From an uncultured bacterium (lineage in GTDB: Bacteria; Zixibacteria; MSB-5A5; CAIYYT01): DNA of 64,000 nt. Of the stretch, positions 51,888 through 62,592 are shown one piece after another (the first letter of the stretch is position 1; the number at the start of each line of letters is the position of its first letter). The stretch is taken from the NCBI GenBank assembly GCA_963726455.1, contig CAVSCK010000003.1:384001-448000 (forward strand), in the 5' to 3' direction. The notes under the pieces were generated by a model, which did not search any database, had not been told where the DNA came from, and saw only the letters and a program-made list of their open reading frames with translations. A program made the position numbers and the translations under genes.

Positions 51888-52436
51888 ATGGAATCGCAGC
51901 AAGTTGCCGAACGATACGCTCGTGGTCTGTTTGAACTGACCGAGCAACTCAAGAATACCGATACGGTCCATCAGGATTTCGACGATCTGGCCGGCATCCT
52001 GAAACAGGATGATGCCCTAATTCGGTTTCTGGCGGCGCCGCAGATTCTCGACAGCGACAAGATTGCCGTCATGGAGAAAATATTCAAAGGCAAAGTTGCC
52101 GACCCGCTCTATCACTTGCTGCAACTGGTCGTCGCGAAACGCCGCACGGATTTCCTGGCGAATATCGCGGCAGAATACGACAACTTATATAATGATAGCA
52201 AAGGAATTGTCGCGACCCGCCTGGTCAGCGCCGTCCCGTTTACGGCTGAGGAAATCAACGGCATCAGGACACGGCTGAACAAGTTGACGGGAAAATCCAT
52301 TGATATCGAAACCGAAGTCGATCCCGCAATTATTGGCGGAGTTATCGCTTTCGTCGGTGATAAGATTATTGACGTATCGATTCGTCACGAGCTGCAGATT
52401 TTGCGCGAAAAACTGCTGGAGCTCAAGGTTAACTGA
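51888..52436 (+). CDS. atpH: F0F1 ATP synthase subunit delta
   Basis: VAERYARGLF, VDPAIIGG. Confidence 0.93.
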   Translation: MESQQVAERYARGLFELTEQLKNTDTVHQDFDDLAGILKQDDALIRFLAAPQILDSDKIAVMEKIFKGKVADPLYHLLQLVVAKRRTDFLANIAAEYDNLYNDSKGIVATRLVSAVPFTAEEINGIRTRLNKLTGKSIDIETEVDPAIIGGVIAFVGDKIIDVSIRHELQILREKLLELKVN

Positions 52437-52476
52437 TTTTGAATAATGATATTTGACGATATGGGAGTCGAATGGC

Positions 52477-53988
52477 ATGGCGTTAAAACCTGAAGAAGTA
52501 AGTGCGATAATCAAACAGCAGATTTCCGGCTATGAAACCAAGCTGGAAATGGAGTCCGTCGGTACGGTGCTGCAGGTCGGCGACGGCATTGCGCGCGTCT
52601 GGGGACTGCGCGATGTCATGATGTCGGAACTGGTCACCTTCCCCGGTGACGTCACCGGCGTCGTGCTCAACCTGGAATCCGACAACGTCGGTATTGCCGT
52701 GATGGGTGATGACCGCAACATTAATGAAGGCGACACGGTCAGACGCACGGGCCGTATTGCTTCGGTTCCGGTCGGTGATGCTCTGGTCGGCCGCGTAGTA
52801 AATCCGTTGGGCGAGCCGTTGGACGGCAAAGGCCCGATCGCGACGACCAAGTTCCGCAATATTGAATCCGTTGCTCCCAACGTGGTACAACGCCAGCCAG
52901 TGAAAGAACCGCTGCAGACCGGCCTGAAAGCCATTGACTCCATGATTCCCATTGGCCGCGGCCAGCGCGAACTGATCATTGGCGACCGCCAGACCGGCAA
53001 GACCGCAATCGCCCTTGACACGATTATCAACCAGAAGAACACTGACGTCTTCTGTATCTATGTCGCCATCGGGCAGAAATCGTCGACGGTCGCGCAGGTA
53101 GTCGGTATTCTTGAAGATCACGATGCCATGAAATATACGACGGTTGTCGCAGCCGAGGCATCGGCGCCGGCGCCGCTGCAGTTCCTGGCGCCTTATGCCG
53201 GCGTGGCTATGGGCGAAGAATTCATGTATTCCAAGCGGCACGTCGTTGTCATCTATGACGACTTGTCCAAGCATGCCCAGTCGTACCGCCAGCTATCACT
53301 GCTGCTGAGACGGCCGCCGGGACGTGAAGCGTATCCGGGCGACGTGTTCTATTTGCATTCGCGCCTGTTGGAGCGTGCGGCAAAGCTTTCGGACGAACTC
53401 GGTGGCGGATCGCTGACCGCGTTGCCGGTTATCGAAACGCAGGCCGGTGACGTTTCGGCATACATTCCGACCAACGTGATCTCGATCACGGACGGACAGA
53501 TCTTCCTCGAATCCGACTTGTTCTATGCCGGCATTCGTCCCGGCATTAACGTCGGTATTTCGGTGTCGCGCGTCGGCGGTAACGCCCAGACCAAGGCGAT
53601 GAAGAAAGTTGCCGGCAGACTTCGTCTCGATCTGGCTCAGTATCGCGAACTGGCTGCATTCGCGCAGTTCGGCTCCGACCTCGACGAGGCCACGCAGGCG
53701 CAGTTGACTAGAGGTGCGCGCATGACGGAGATTCTCAAGCAGGGCCAGTACGTCCCGATGCCGCTGGAGCGCCAGGTGATGATCGTTTGGTCGGCGGTCA
53801 ACGGTTATCTCGACAATTTACCGTTGGACAAAGTCAAACCGTTTGAAGACGGTTTCTACCCGTACATCGACAAGAATTACCCCGACATCCCGCATACGAT
53901 TGCCGACAAGAAGGTGATCGATGACGCATTGGAAGCGAAGCTGAAGGAAGCGGTCGGAAAATACAAAGCGGAGTTTTTGAAAAAGTAG
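52477..53988 (+). CDS. atpA: F0F1 ATP synthase subunit alpha
   Basis: [35 protein letters not shown]. Confidence 0.97.
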   Translation: MALKPEEVSAIIKQQISGYETKLEMESVGTVLQVGDGIARVWGLRDVMMSELVTFPGDVTGVVLNLESDNVGIAVMGDDRNINEGDTVRRTGRIASVPVGDALVGRVVNPLGEPLDGKGPIATTKFRNIESVAPNVVQRQPVKEPLQTGLKAIDSMIPIGRGQRELIIGDRQTGKTAIALDTIINQKNTDVFCIYVAIGQKSSTVAQVVGILEDHDAMKYTTVVAAEASAPAPLQFLAPYAGVAMGEEFMYSKRHVVVIYDDLSKHAQSYRQLSLLLRRPPGREAYPGDVFYLHSRLLERAAKLSDELGGGSLTALPVIETQAGDVSAYIPTNVISITDGQIFLESDLFYAGIRPGINVGISVSRVGGNAQTKAMKKVAGRLRLDLAQYRELAAFAQFGSDLDEATQAQLTRGARMTEILKQGQYVPMPLERQVMIVWSAVNGYLDNLPLDKVKPFEDGFYPYIDKNYPDIPHTIADKKVIDDALEAKLKEAVGKYKAEFLKK

Positions 53989-54847
53989 ATGCCTACACCT
54001 CGCGACATACGCAAGCGCATCCGCGCCGTTACCAACATCAGCCAGATCACGCGGGCGATGCAAATGGTGGCTGCGGCACGACTGCGCAAGGCGCAGATGA
54101 TGGTCGAACAATCACGCCCCTATTCTGAAAAGATGCGGCTGATTCTCGAACAGATTTCGTCGGCTTCGGCTGAGGTTGAACATCCGTTCTTCGAGCAGCG
54201 CGAAGTCAACAAGCGCGTTCTGGTAGTCTTTACTTCCGATCGCGGCATGTGCGGCTCGTACAATTCGAACGTAGTTCGGCAAGCAGTCCGAATGCTGCGC
54301 GAACCGGGCGGCGAGAACATCCAGTTGGTGTTGGTCGGCAAGAAGGCGGAAGATTTCTTCCGTCGCCAAAGCTGGCCGGTTCTGAAAATCTACAAGGGCC
54401 TGCAGGGACGCATGAACCTCGACGTCGTGCGCGACCTGACGAATTACCTGATCAGTCTTTTCGTTTCCGCACGAAGTCGACAAGGTGCAACTGCTTTACA
54501 CGCGATTTATCTCGATGGTGTCATACAAGCTGGGAGTCGCTGATTTCCTGCCTATCGTTCCGCCCGCGGCGGACAAGGCGGGCAACCGGCAGTATATATT
54601 CGAACCCGATCCGAAACAGATTTTCGATTCGCTGATGCCGGCCTTTGCGCTGACAATCGTGCAGATGGCTCTGGCGGATTCTTTGGCGTCCGAACATGGC
54701 ACGCGCATGATCGCAATGAGTCTGTCGACGCGCAACGCCGAGGAAATGATTGACACCTTGACGATGCAGTACAACAAAGCCCGACAGTCGGCGATCACGA
54801 AGGAATTGCTGGAAATCGTCTCCGGTGCGGAGGCGTTGCGGGGCTAG
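53989..54847 (+). CDS. atpG: F0F1 ATP synthase subunit gamma, frameshift near 54470
   Basis: QITRAMQMVAAARL, TSDRGMCG, ASEHG.RM.AM, YNKARQSAITKELLEIVSGA. Confidence 0.95.
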
Positions 54848-54906
54848 CCGGACCATTGGTTCGGCGCTGAACTGGAAGAATAATGCTTAGCTGCTTAGGA
54901 GAATAG

Positions 54907-56320
<1,414 letters not shown>

Positions 56321-56323
56321 GCG

Positions 56324-56725
56324 ATGTTTCGGCTGGCAATCGTCTCGCCTGAACGCACGCTGTTTGAAGACAGCGTGGAATCGTTGATAGTCCCCGGAGG
56401 CGAGGGCTATCTGGGAATTTTGTCGAACCATGCCCCGCTGATCTCGACGCTCAAAGTCGGCGAGATTGCCTTCCGCGATAAAGAGAAGAAAGAGATCTTC
56501 ATGGCAACCAGCGGCGGCTTTGTGGAAGTGTCGAACAATGTCGCTACGCTTCTGGTGGACACGGCCGAATTCGTGAATGAAATTGACCTGAATCGCGCCG
56601 AAAGTGAACTGAAAAGGGCGGAAGAAATGCTCAACCTCCCCATCTCCGGCAGCGATCTGGAGCTGGCGCGCCATTCCAAGGAAAAGGCGCGAAACCGCAT
56701 TAATCTGGTCAAGAAATACAGGTAG
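56324..56725 (+). CDS. atpC: F0F1 ATP synthase subunit epsilon
   Basis: IVSPE, GILSNHAPL, SGGFVEV. Confidence 0.94.
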   Translation: MFRLAIVSPERTLFEDSVESLIVPGGEGYLGILSNHAPLISTLKVGEIAFRDKEKKEIFMATSGGFVEVSNNVATLLVDTAEFVNEIDLNRAESELKRAEEMLNLPISGSDLELARHSKEKARNRINLVKKYR

Positions 56726-56880
56726 CTTCGCAAGCGCTTTCGAGCCGATAGCAACCTCTCATTTGCTGCCTCTCCCCTATCGACTTTCTGCAAACCCATT
56801 CGAGCATTTTTTGTTGCGCTCGGAGTCCTCGACCGCCGTTCTTATGGTATCTGTAAGAAATATTCTAAAGGAGGTACAAG

Positions 56881-57870
56881 ATGATCAGGCCACTGCTAAT
56901 CCTCTCCGCACTTTTGGTGATACTAAGTTCAGGTCTTATTGCCGGACAGGAAACAACCTCGCCGATGGAACGTGTCAACACTTACTCGATAGTGGCGTAC
57001 GACAGTGCCACCGGGCAATTCGGCGCCGCCGTGCAGTCGCATTACTTCAAGGTCGCGGATGTCATCTGGCTGGAGCCGGGCGTCGGCGCAGTGGCAACAC
57101 AGTCGCTGGTTGATTTCGCCTACGGGCCGCTTGGCCTCGATATGATGTTAAACGGCAAATCCGCAAGTGACGCTTTGAAGGGATTGCTGGCCAGTGATTC
57201 TTTGAACCGGGTGCGGCAGGTTTCGATGATCGACAGAAACGGAACGGTAGCGACTCATACGGGCAGTAAGTGCATTGCCTATGCGGGGCATCATATGGGC
57301 AAGTTCTATTCCTGTCAGGCCAATCTGATGCGGGATTCCACCGTCTGGGGCGCGATGGCGAAAGCATTTGAAAGCACGACCGGCGAACTGGCTGACCGAA
57401 TGATGGCGGCGCTGGAAGCGGCGCAGGGCCAAGGCGGCGACATCCGCGGTATGCAATCGGCAGCGATGGTGGTGGTGACTGGCAAACCGACGGGAATGTC
57501 GTGGAAGGATCGCCAGATTGACATCCGCGTGGACGATTCGCCGCAGCCGCTGATAGAGCTGAAACGACTGCTCGATTTGACGCGCGCCTACGAACACATG
57601 AACAACGGCGATGACGCGATTGCGGTCAAGAATTGGGATAAAGCCGGTCAGGAATATGGTACCGCCGCGAAACTGGCGCCGGGAAATCTGGAAGTCATGT
57701 ACTGGTATGCGGTATCGCTGGTTACGGCGAATCAGGTTGATAAGGCGCTGCCGATATTCAAAGACATCTTCAAACAGGACGCGAGTTGGCGGACACTGAT
57801 TCCGCGCCTGGTTGACGCCGACCAGTTGCCAAACAAGCCGGATGTGATCAAACAGATCATGGCGCAGTAA
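56881..57870 (+). CDS. Exported DUF1028 (Ntn-hydrolase-like) protein with TPR-like C-terminus
   Basis: Signal peptide, NTYSIVA.D, GAVATQS, GGDIRG.QSAA, RVDD..QP..EL.RL. Confidence 0.87.
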   Translation: MIRPLLILSALLVILSSGLIAGQETTSPMERVNTYSIVAYDSATGQFGAAVQSHYFKVADVIWLEPGVGAVATQSLVDFAYGPLGLDMMLNGKSASDALKGLLASDSLNRVRQVSMIDRNGTVATHTGSKCIAYAGHHMGKFYSCQANLMRDSTVWGAMAKAFESTTGELADRMMAALEAAQGQGGDIRGMQSAAMVVVTGKPTGMSWKDRQIDIRVDDSPQPLIELKRLLDLTRAYEHMNNGDDAIAVKNWDKAGQEYGTAAKLAPGNLEVMYWYAVSLVTANQVDKALPIFKDIFKQDASWRTLIPRLVDADQLPNKPDVIKQIMAQ

Positions 57871-57880
57871 CAAACGTTAC

Positions 57881-57909
57881 GGGGCGTGGTGGCCACGCCC
57901 CTTCTTTTT
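57881..57909 (+). terminator. Intrinsic terminator
   Basis: GGGGCGTGG/CCACGCCCC stem followed by TTCTTTTT. Confidence 0.8.
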
Positions 57910-57919
57910 GGCGAATCCA

Positions 57920-57946
57920 TTGAACAAATGGACCTGCCTATCCGTC
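57920..57946 (+). promoter_or_regulatory. Possible ECF sigma-type promoter
   Basis: TTGAAC-N17-CGTC upstream of lipoprotein gene 58010. Confidence 0.35.
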
Positions 57947-58009
57947 TTCAAATATTGAATACATACGCCTACGTGGCAGTTGGTTGCCACAGCCCAGGGA
58001 GGACGGAAT

Positions 58010-58444
58010 ATGCTTAGACTCATCATTCTGGCGTCCGCGATTTGTGTCGTATTCGCCATATTTGCGTGTGGCGACCACGGCACGACGCCAAAATCTGACT
58101 CGCACATTTTCCAGATTGGCCGGTGCCAGGGCACCGTCGGCTCCGCTGCATTGTCGGCGGATTCGTGTTTTGTATGGTCGTTCGGCCAAACGCTGCTGAT
58201 TGATTTTTGTGTGGCGGCCAACTGCTGTCCCGACACGAATCGATTTGCGCTCAGCAGCCAAATACGGAACGACACGATTCTGATCTCGGTGACCGACACT
58301 GCGGCCAGTCTGTGCAGTTGCGATTGCGGTTACATAATTCGGGCGGAATTTGATAGTGCGCCGGAGTACGTCTACCAGGTAATGGTGTATTATGGCGGAT
58401 CGTTACTTTATAGTCGCGAGATAAATCGTTATATCATCTTCTGA
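58010..58444 (+). CDS. Cys-rich lipoprotein
   Basis: Lipobox-like IFAC; NCC and CSCDC motifs; GGAGG RBS. Confidence 0.7.
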   Translation: MLRLIILASAICVVFAIFACGDHGTTPKSDSHIFQIGRCQGTVGSAALSADSCFVWSFGQTLLIDFCVAANCCPDTNRFALSSQIRNDTILISVTDTAASLCSCDCGYIIRAEFDSAPEYVYQVMVYYGGSLLYSREINRYIIF

Positions 58445-58484
58445 CCCTTTCAACACGATCTCATGCCACTAACCGCCAGTCCTA

Positions 58485-58943
58485 TCACGCCGCTTTCTCC
58501 AGGTGCGTGAGAATCTTCATAATCAGTTCGTTCTGTCGTTCCAGGTGCAGGAGAATCGCTTCAATCTCGCGTTCGGCCTTGACATTGACCTCGAAATCTG
58601 ACTCCGCCCGCACTTCGGCATGTCGTCCCTGAAGGTTCTGCCCGATCATGATCAGCGGCATCAGGAAGATCTGTAGCATATTGGAAATGAAGAGCCACAG
58701 CACAAAGGCCGGAAAGGGATCGAATCGCATACTTGCCGGACCGAGAGTATTCCAGCCGAGCCAACACATGGTCCAGACCAGAATGATCAGAAAGAATCCC
58801 ATCGAACCAACCTGATCGGTGATTACGACGGCGAATCGTTCAAGCGGACTCAGCCGCTGATTGTGTACGACGTTGACATTGATGATCGGCTTGCGAAGTC
58901 TCTTTAGTTCCTCGTGCGACAGTGCTTGGGTCTTGTTACTCAT
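58485..58943 (-). CDS. DUF1003 domain membrane protein
   Basis: GSM.F...W..WN...FDPFP...PLIMIGQN...AESDFEVNVKAE.EI. Confidence 0.85.
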   Translation of the reverse strand: MSNKTQALSHEELKRLRKPIINVNVVHNQRLSPLERFAVVITDQVGSMGFFLIILVWTMCWLGWNTLGPASMRFDPFPAFVLWLFISNMLQIFLMPLIMIGQNLQGRHAEVRAESDFEVNVKAEREIEAILLHLERQNELIMKILTHLEKAA

Positions 58944-59150
58944 ATTATTCTCCGGCGTTTCGTGATTACCTCTTTCATTGATGATTGTATAGTCAGCGAT
59001 TGGTTAAGATCAGTGATTGAAAGTTGCCGGACAAGGGGGTTCGCACCGACAATTCTGGAACGTGGCCTGGATTAGTACATTTTGCTCCATCCAGAATTCG
59101 TTTCGCCCGTATACTTTTTGTGAGCGTCAACCCTGGCAAAAGGAGCAATA

Positions 59151-59543
59151 ATGGCTTACAAAGGGTACTTAACGTTTGCTGTCGTGCTATTGGCCTTATT
59201 AACGGCATGCGGCAATAATTCGCTGGCCCCGTTCCAGCCCGAGATTAACAACAAGCCGGACAATTTTCAGTTTCAGGCAACCGGCATATCTAATGTCACG
59301 ACCACGCTCGACTACAACTGGCAGAATTCAGGCACGACGGCCAATATCAATCAGGCCTGTTCCGTCAAGGGCGGCAACGCTGCAGTGACTGTTTATGATG
59401 CGAACGGCGTCCAGGTATATTCTCGGAATCTCGCCGACAACGGAACTTTCCCGACGATTGCGGGCGCTGCGGGAACATGGCTCATTCGTGTCACGCTAAC
59501 GGGTTTGTCGGGTACGCTCAATTTCCGCGCGCAGAAGCCATAA
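59151..59543 (+). CDS. Hypothetical lipoprotein
   Basis: LTAC lipobox, AGGAG RBS, beta-rich mature part. Confidence 0.75.
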   Translation: MAYKGYLTFAVVLLALLTACGNNSLAPFQPEINNKPDNFQFQATGISNVTTTLDYNWQNSGTTANINQACSVKGGNAAVTVYDANGVQVYSRNLADNGTFPTIAGAAGTWLIRVTLTGLSGTLNFRAQKP

Positions 59544-59642
59544 CCGCGAGCGCCCTCACCTTCTGTCCCACGCCAACGTGGTGAGGCAAGAAGCTTGCGC
59601 GCCAATCAGTTCAAAATGAGCGTTAATTCCTGTAAAAACGGC

Positions 59643-59671
59643 TTGGATAATTTAACTTTAGTTCGTATATT
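59643..59671 (+). promoter_or_regulatory. sigma70-type promoter upstream of typA
   Basis: TTGGAT-N17-TATATT. Confidence 0.5.
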
Positions 59672-59816
59672 AGGGGCTGTCCATGAGCCCGGCGGCGAGG
59701 AGCTACCGGGCGACTTCTTAATTGATCTCCCTCTCATTGATACCGTCAGGGGGCTTCAGTGTGGAGAGTTTAAGCACTGCGGGATGCACCCGCGCCGGAA
59801 GAGGTTTATTCGTCCT

Positions 59817-61692
59817 ATGATTCCTGTCAAACGCATTCGCAACCTTGCGATCATCGCCCATATCGACCACGGTAAAACCACCCTGATTGATTCGATCTTT
59901 CGCGCCACCCGGACCTTCCGCGATAATCAGCAGGTGGCGGAACGACTGATGGACAACAACGACCTCGAACGGGAGCGCGGGATTACGATTCGCGCCAAGC
60001 ATTGCACGGTTAATTGGAAAGATTATCTCATCAATATCATCGATACGCCCGGGCATGCCGATTTCTCCGGCGAGGTGGAACGCGTCCTCTCGATGGTTGA
60101 CTCGGTGTTGCTGTTGGTGGACGCCAACGAAGGCCCGATGCCGCAAACACGCTACGTTCTGATGCGCTCACTGCGGCTGGGTCTGCGCCCGATCGTCATA
60201 ATCAACAAAGTCGATCGCCCGAACGCTCGCCCCGATTTCGCACTCGACAAAACCTTTGATCTGTTTATCGAACTGGGCGCCACCGACGAACAGGCGCACT
60301 TCCCCGTTCTCTATGGTTCCGGGCTTGACGGCTGGTTTGTCAAGGATCTGGACAAGGACGAGCACGAAGGAATGGATGCGCTGTTCGAGACGGTGATCAA
60401 GAAAGTTCCGCATCCGAAAGCCAATCAGGACGGCCCGTTTCTGATGCAGGTCAGCACGCTCGCCTGGAGTGATTATATCGGCCAGATCGGCTGCGGCCGC
60501 GTGCTCAGCGGTACGCTGGACAAAGGCGCGGATTTTACGCGCCATACCGTGCAGTGGAAGGACGCCTTAAATCAGGATGCCGGCTGGGATATTGTCAGTT
60601 CATCCAAGGAAAAAGGCGTGCATCTATGGGTGACGCGCGGACTGCAACGAGTTGAAGCGGAAAAGATCAGCGCCGGCGATATTGTCTGGCTGGCAGGCCC
60701 AAGCGAAATCGGTATTGGTGATACATTCTCGGCGATTGAAGAACCCTCGGCGGCACTCAAGCCATTGGAAATCGAAGAACCGACAGTATCGATGTTCTTC
60801 CTCGTCAATACCGGCCCCTTCTCCGGCAGCGACGGCACGGCAATCACGCTGCGCCAGTTGAAAGAACGCCTGACGCGCGAACTGCGCGTCAATGTCGCAT
60901 TGCGTATGGAAGACTTGGGTCGCAGCGACGGTGTGAAAGTGTCGGGGCGTGGCGAGTTGCATCTGGCAATTTTGATCGAAGAAATGCGCCGCGAAGGTCT
61001 GGAGTTTTGCATCTCGCGTCCGGAAGTCATCACACGCCAGGACGACGAAGGCAATACACTGGAACCGGTCGAACAACTGATCATCGACGTGCCCGAGCAA
61101 TATCAGGGCGTCATCATCGAGAAGCTGGCGCGCCGCAAAGGCGAACTGCGCAGCATCGAAAACGCCGGCACCAATTTGATCCGCATCGAGTTTGAAATCA
61201 CCACCCGCGGCCTGATCGGCTATCGGTCTGAGTTTATGACCGACACGCGCGGCCTCGGGAATCATGGCGTCGCGCTTTACCGGCTATGGTCCGTGGAAGG
61301 GCGAAATCAACCCGCGCAACCGTGGTTCCGTGGTCAGCATGGAGACCGGCCCGGCGACCGCCTATGCGATTGAAGGCCTGCAGGAACGGGCGACCATTTT
61401 TGTCGACCCGACCGAACGCGTCTACACTGGCCAGATCGTGGGCGAAAATTCGCGCCCCGATGATCTTCCCTGCAATCCGACCAAACGCAAGAACCTGACC
61501 AATCATCGCTCATCCACCAAAGATATCGGCGTGGCGCTCGACGTGCCGCGCAAGATGTCGTTGGAACAGGCGATGGAATGGATCGCGGCCGATGAATTGG
61601 TGGAAGTCACCCCCAAAGCCATCCGCATGCGCAAGACGATTCTCAATTACGAACAGCGCCGACGCGCCGAAAAAGACCGCACCGCGGCGTAA
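59817..61692 (+). CDS. typA: Translational GTPase TypA/BipA, frameshift near 61259
   Basis: [60 protein letters not shown]. Confidence 0.95.
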
Positions 61693-61916
61693 GTTGCCTG
61701 CGAACCCGCCGCGAATGTCTACGAAGCTGCTCATTCCCCTCTTGAGAGGGGAACTAAAGGGGTGTGTTCCGTGTCCCAACGCAGCACCCGACTTCCGTAG
61801 ATACCGTCCTTCACGTCACTGGTATTAGGTCAATACCGCTTCGGTTTTTACACTTTATGAATTTGCGCCGTCAGGAATCCCTTCCTGACGGAATCATCTC
61901 GCATGTCCCGGAGCTA

Positions 61917-61946
61917 TGTCATTCCCGCGAAGGCGGGAATCCAGGC
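61917..61946. repeat. Palindromic intergenic repeat (ATTCCC-N8-GGGAAT core), copy 2
   Basis: TGTCATTCCCGCGAAGGCGGGAATCCAGGC; matches 1921-1950. Confidence 0.8.
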
Positions 61947-61961
61947 TGATTGAATGTTGCG

Positions 61962-62122
61962 GTAGGTCAGGAGCCCAACTCAAGAATGGGGAAAAGCTTG
62001 GTACCATCAACCTCCTGTCACAACGAACAACCCCAATTGCTCAATTGAGGGCTCCTGACATTCTCATTCCCGATTCATGAGACTTCCGTAGGTCGGGTTC
62101 CCAGCGCAGCGCGGAACCCGAC
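61962..62122 (+). repeat. Two GTAG-headed REP-like palindromes
   Basis: GTAG-GTCAGGAGCCC...GGGCTCCTGAC (61962-62059) and GTAG-GTCGGGTTCC...GGAACCCGAC (62088-62122). Confidence 0.7.
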
Positions 62123-62351
62123 ATGCTTGTTAAGCTAGAGGTGCGAAGGTCGGCGTTCCGAGTCCCCTGCCTCACTGCCGCCAACTCCTATTGCAGCTTC
62201 CGCCCATATCTTTCGACACGCTTCCTATTCACCACGGGACGAGAAACCCGACATTTTCCACTGAATTGCCCGCCCACAAAAAAGGTGATTGACCGCAACT
62301 TTTCGGCTGCTATATTTCGATAGTATCGTTCGCTAATCTTGATGAGGAGGC

Positions 62352-62489
62352 ATGACCGTAAGCACCGGCGGAATTCGCAAGTTGATCATCCCGCCTCATC
62401 TTGCCTATGGGCAACACGGATGGGGCGAAGTCGTTCCGCCGAACGCCGCGTTGATAATTGAGGTGGAGCTGTTGGAGGTGAGAGAGTGA
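62352..62489 (+). pseudogene. C-terminal half of an FKBP-type peptidyl-prolyl isomerase (45 aa; fragment or mini-protein)
   Basis: Hand translation MTVSTGGIRKLIIPPHLAYGQHGWGEVVPPNAALIIEVELLEVRE; GAGGAGG RBS; TTGACC-N16-TATATT at 62289-62316. Confidence 0.7.
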
Positions 62490-62592
62490 TGAGAGGAAGA
62501 TGGGAAGGTGCCAAACGGGCCACAGGGTATTTTGGCGTCAAGAGTATTTCGAGAGGTTTTGGAACTACTGACCTGAAGTCGAGGGGTATTCC

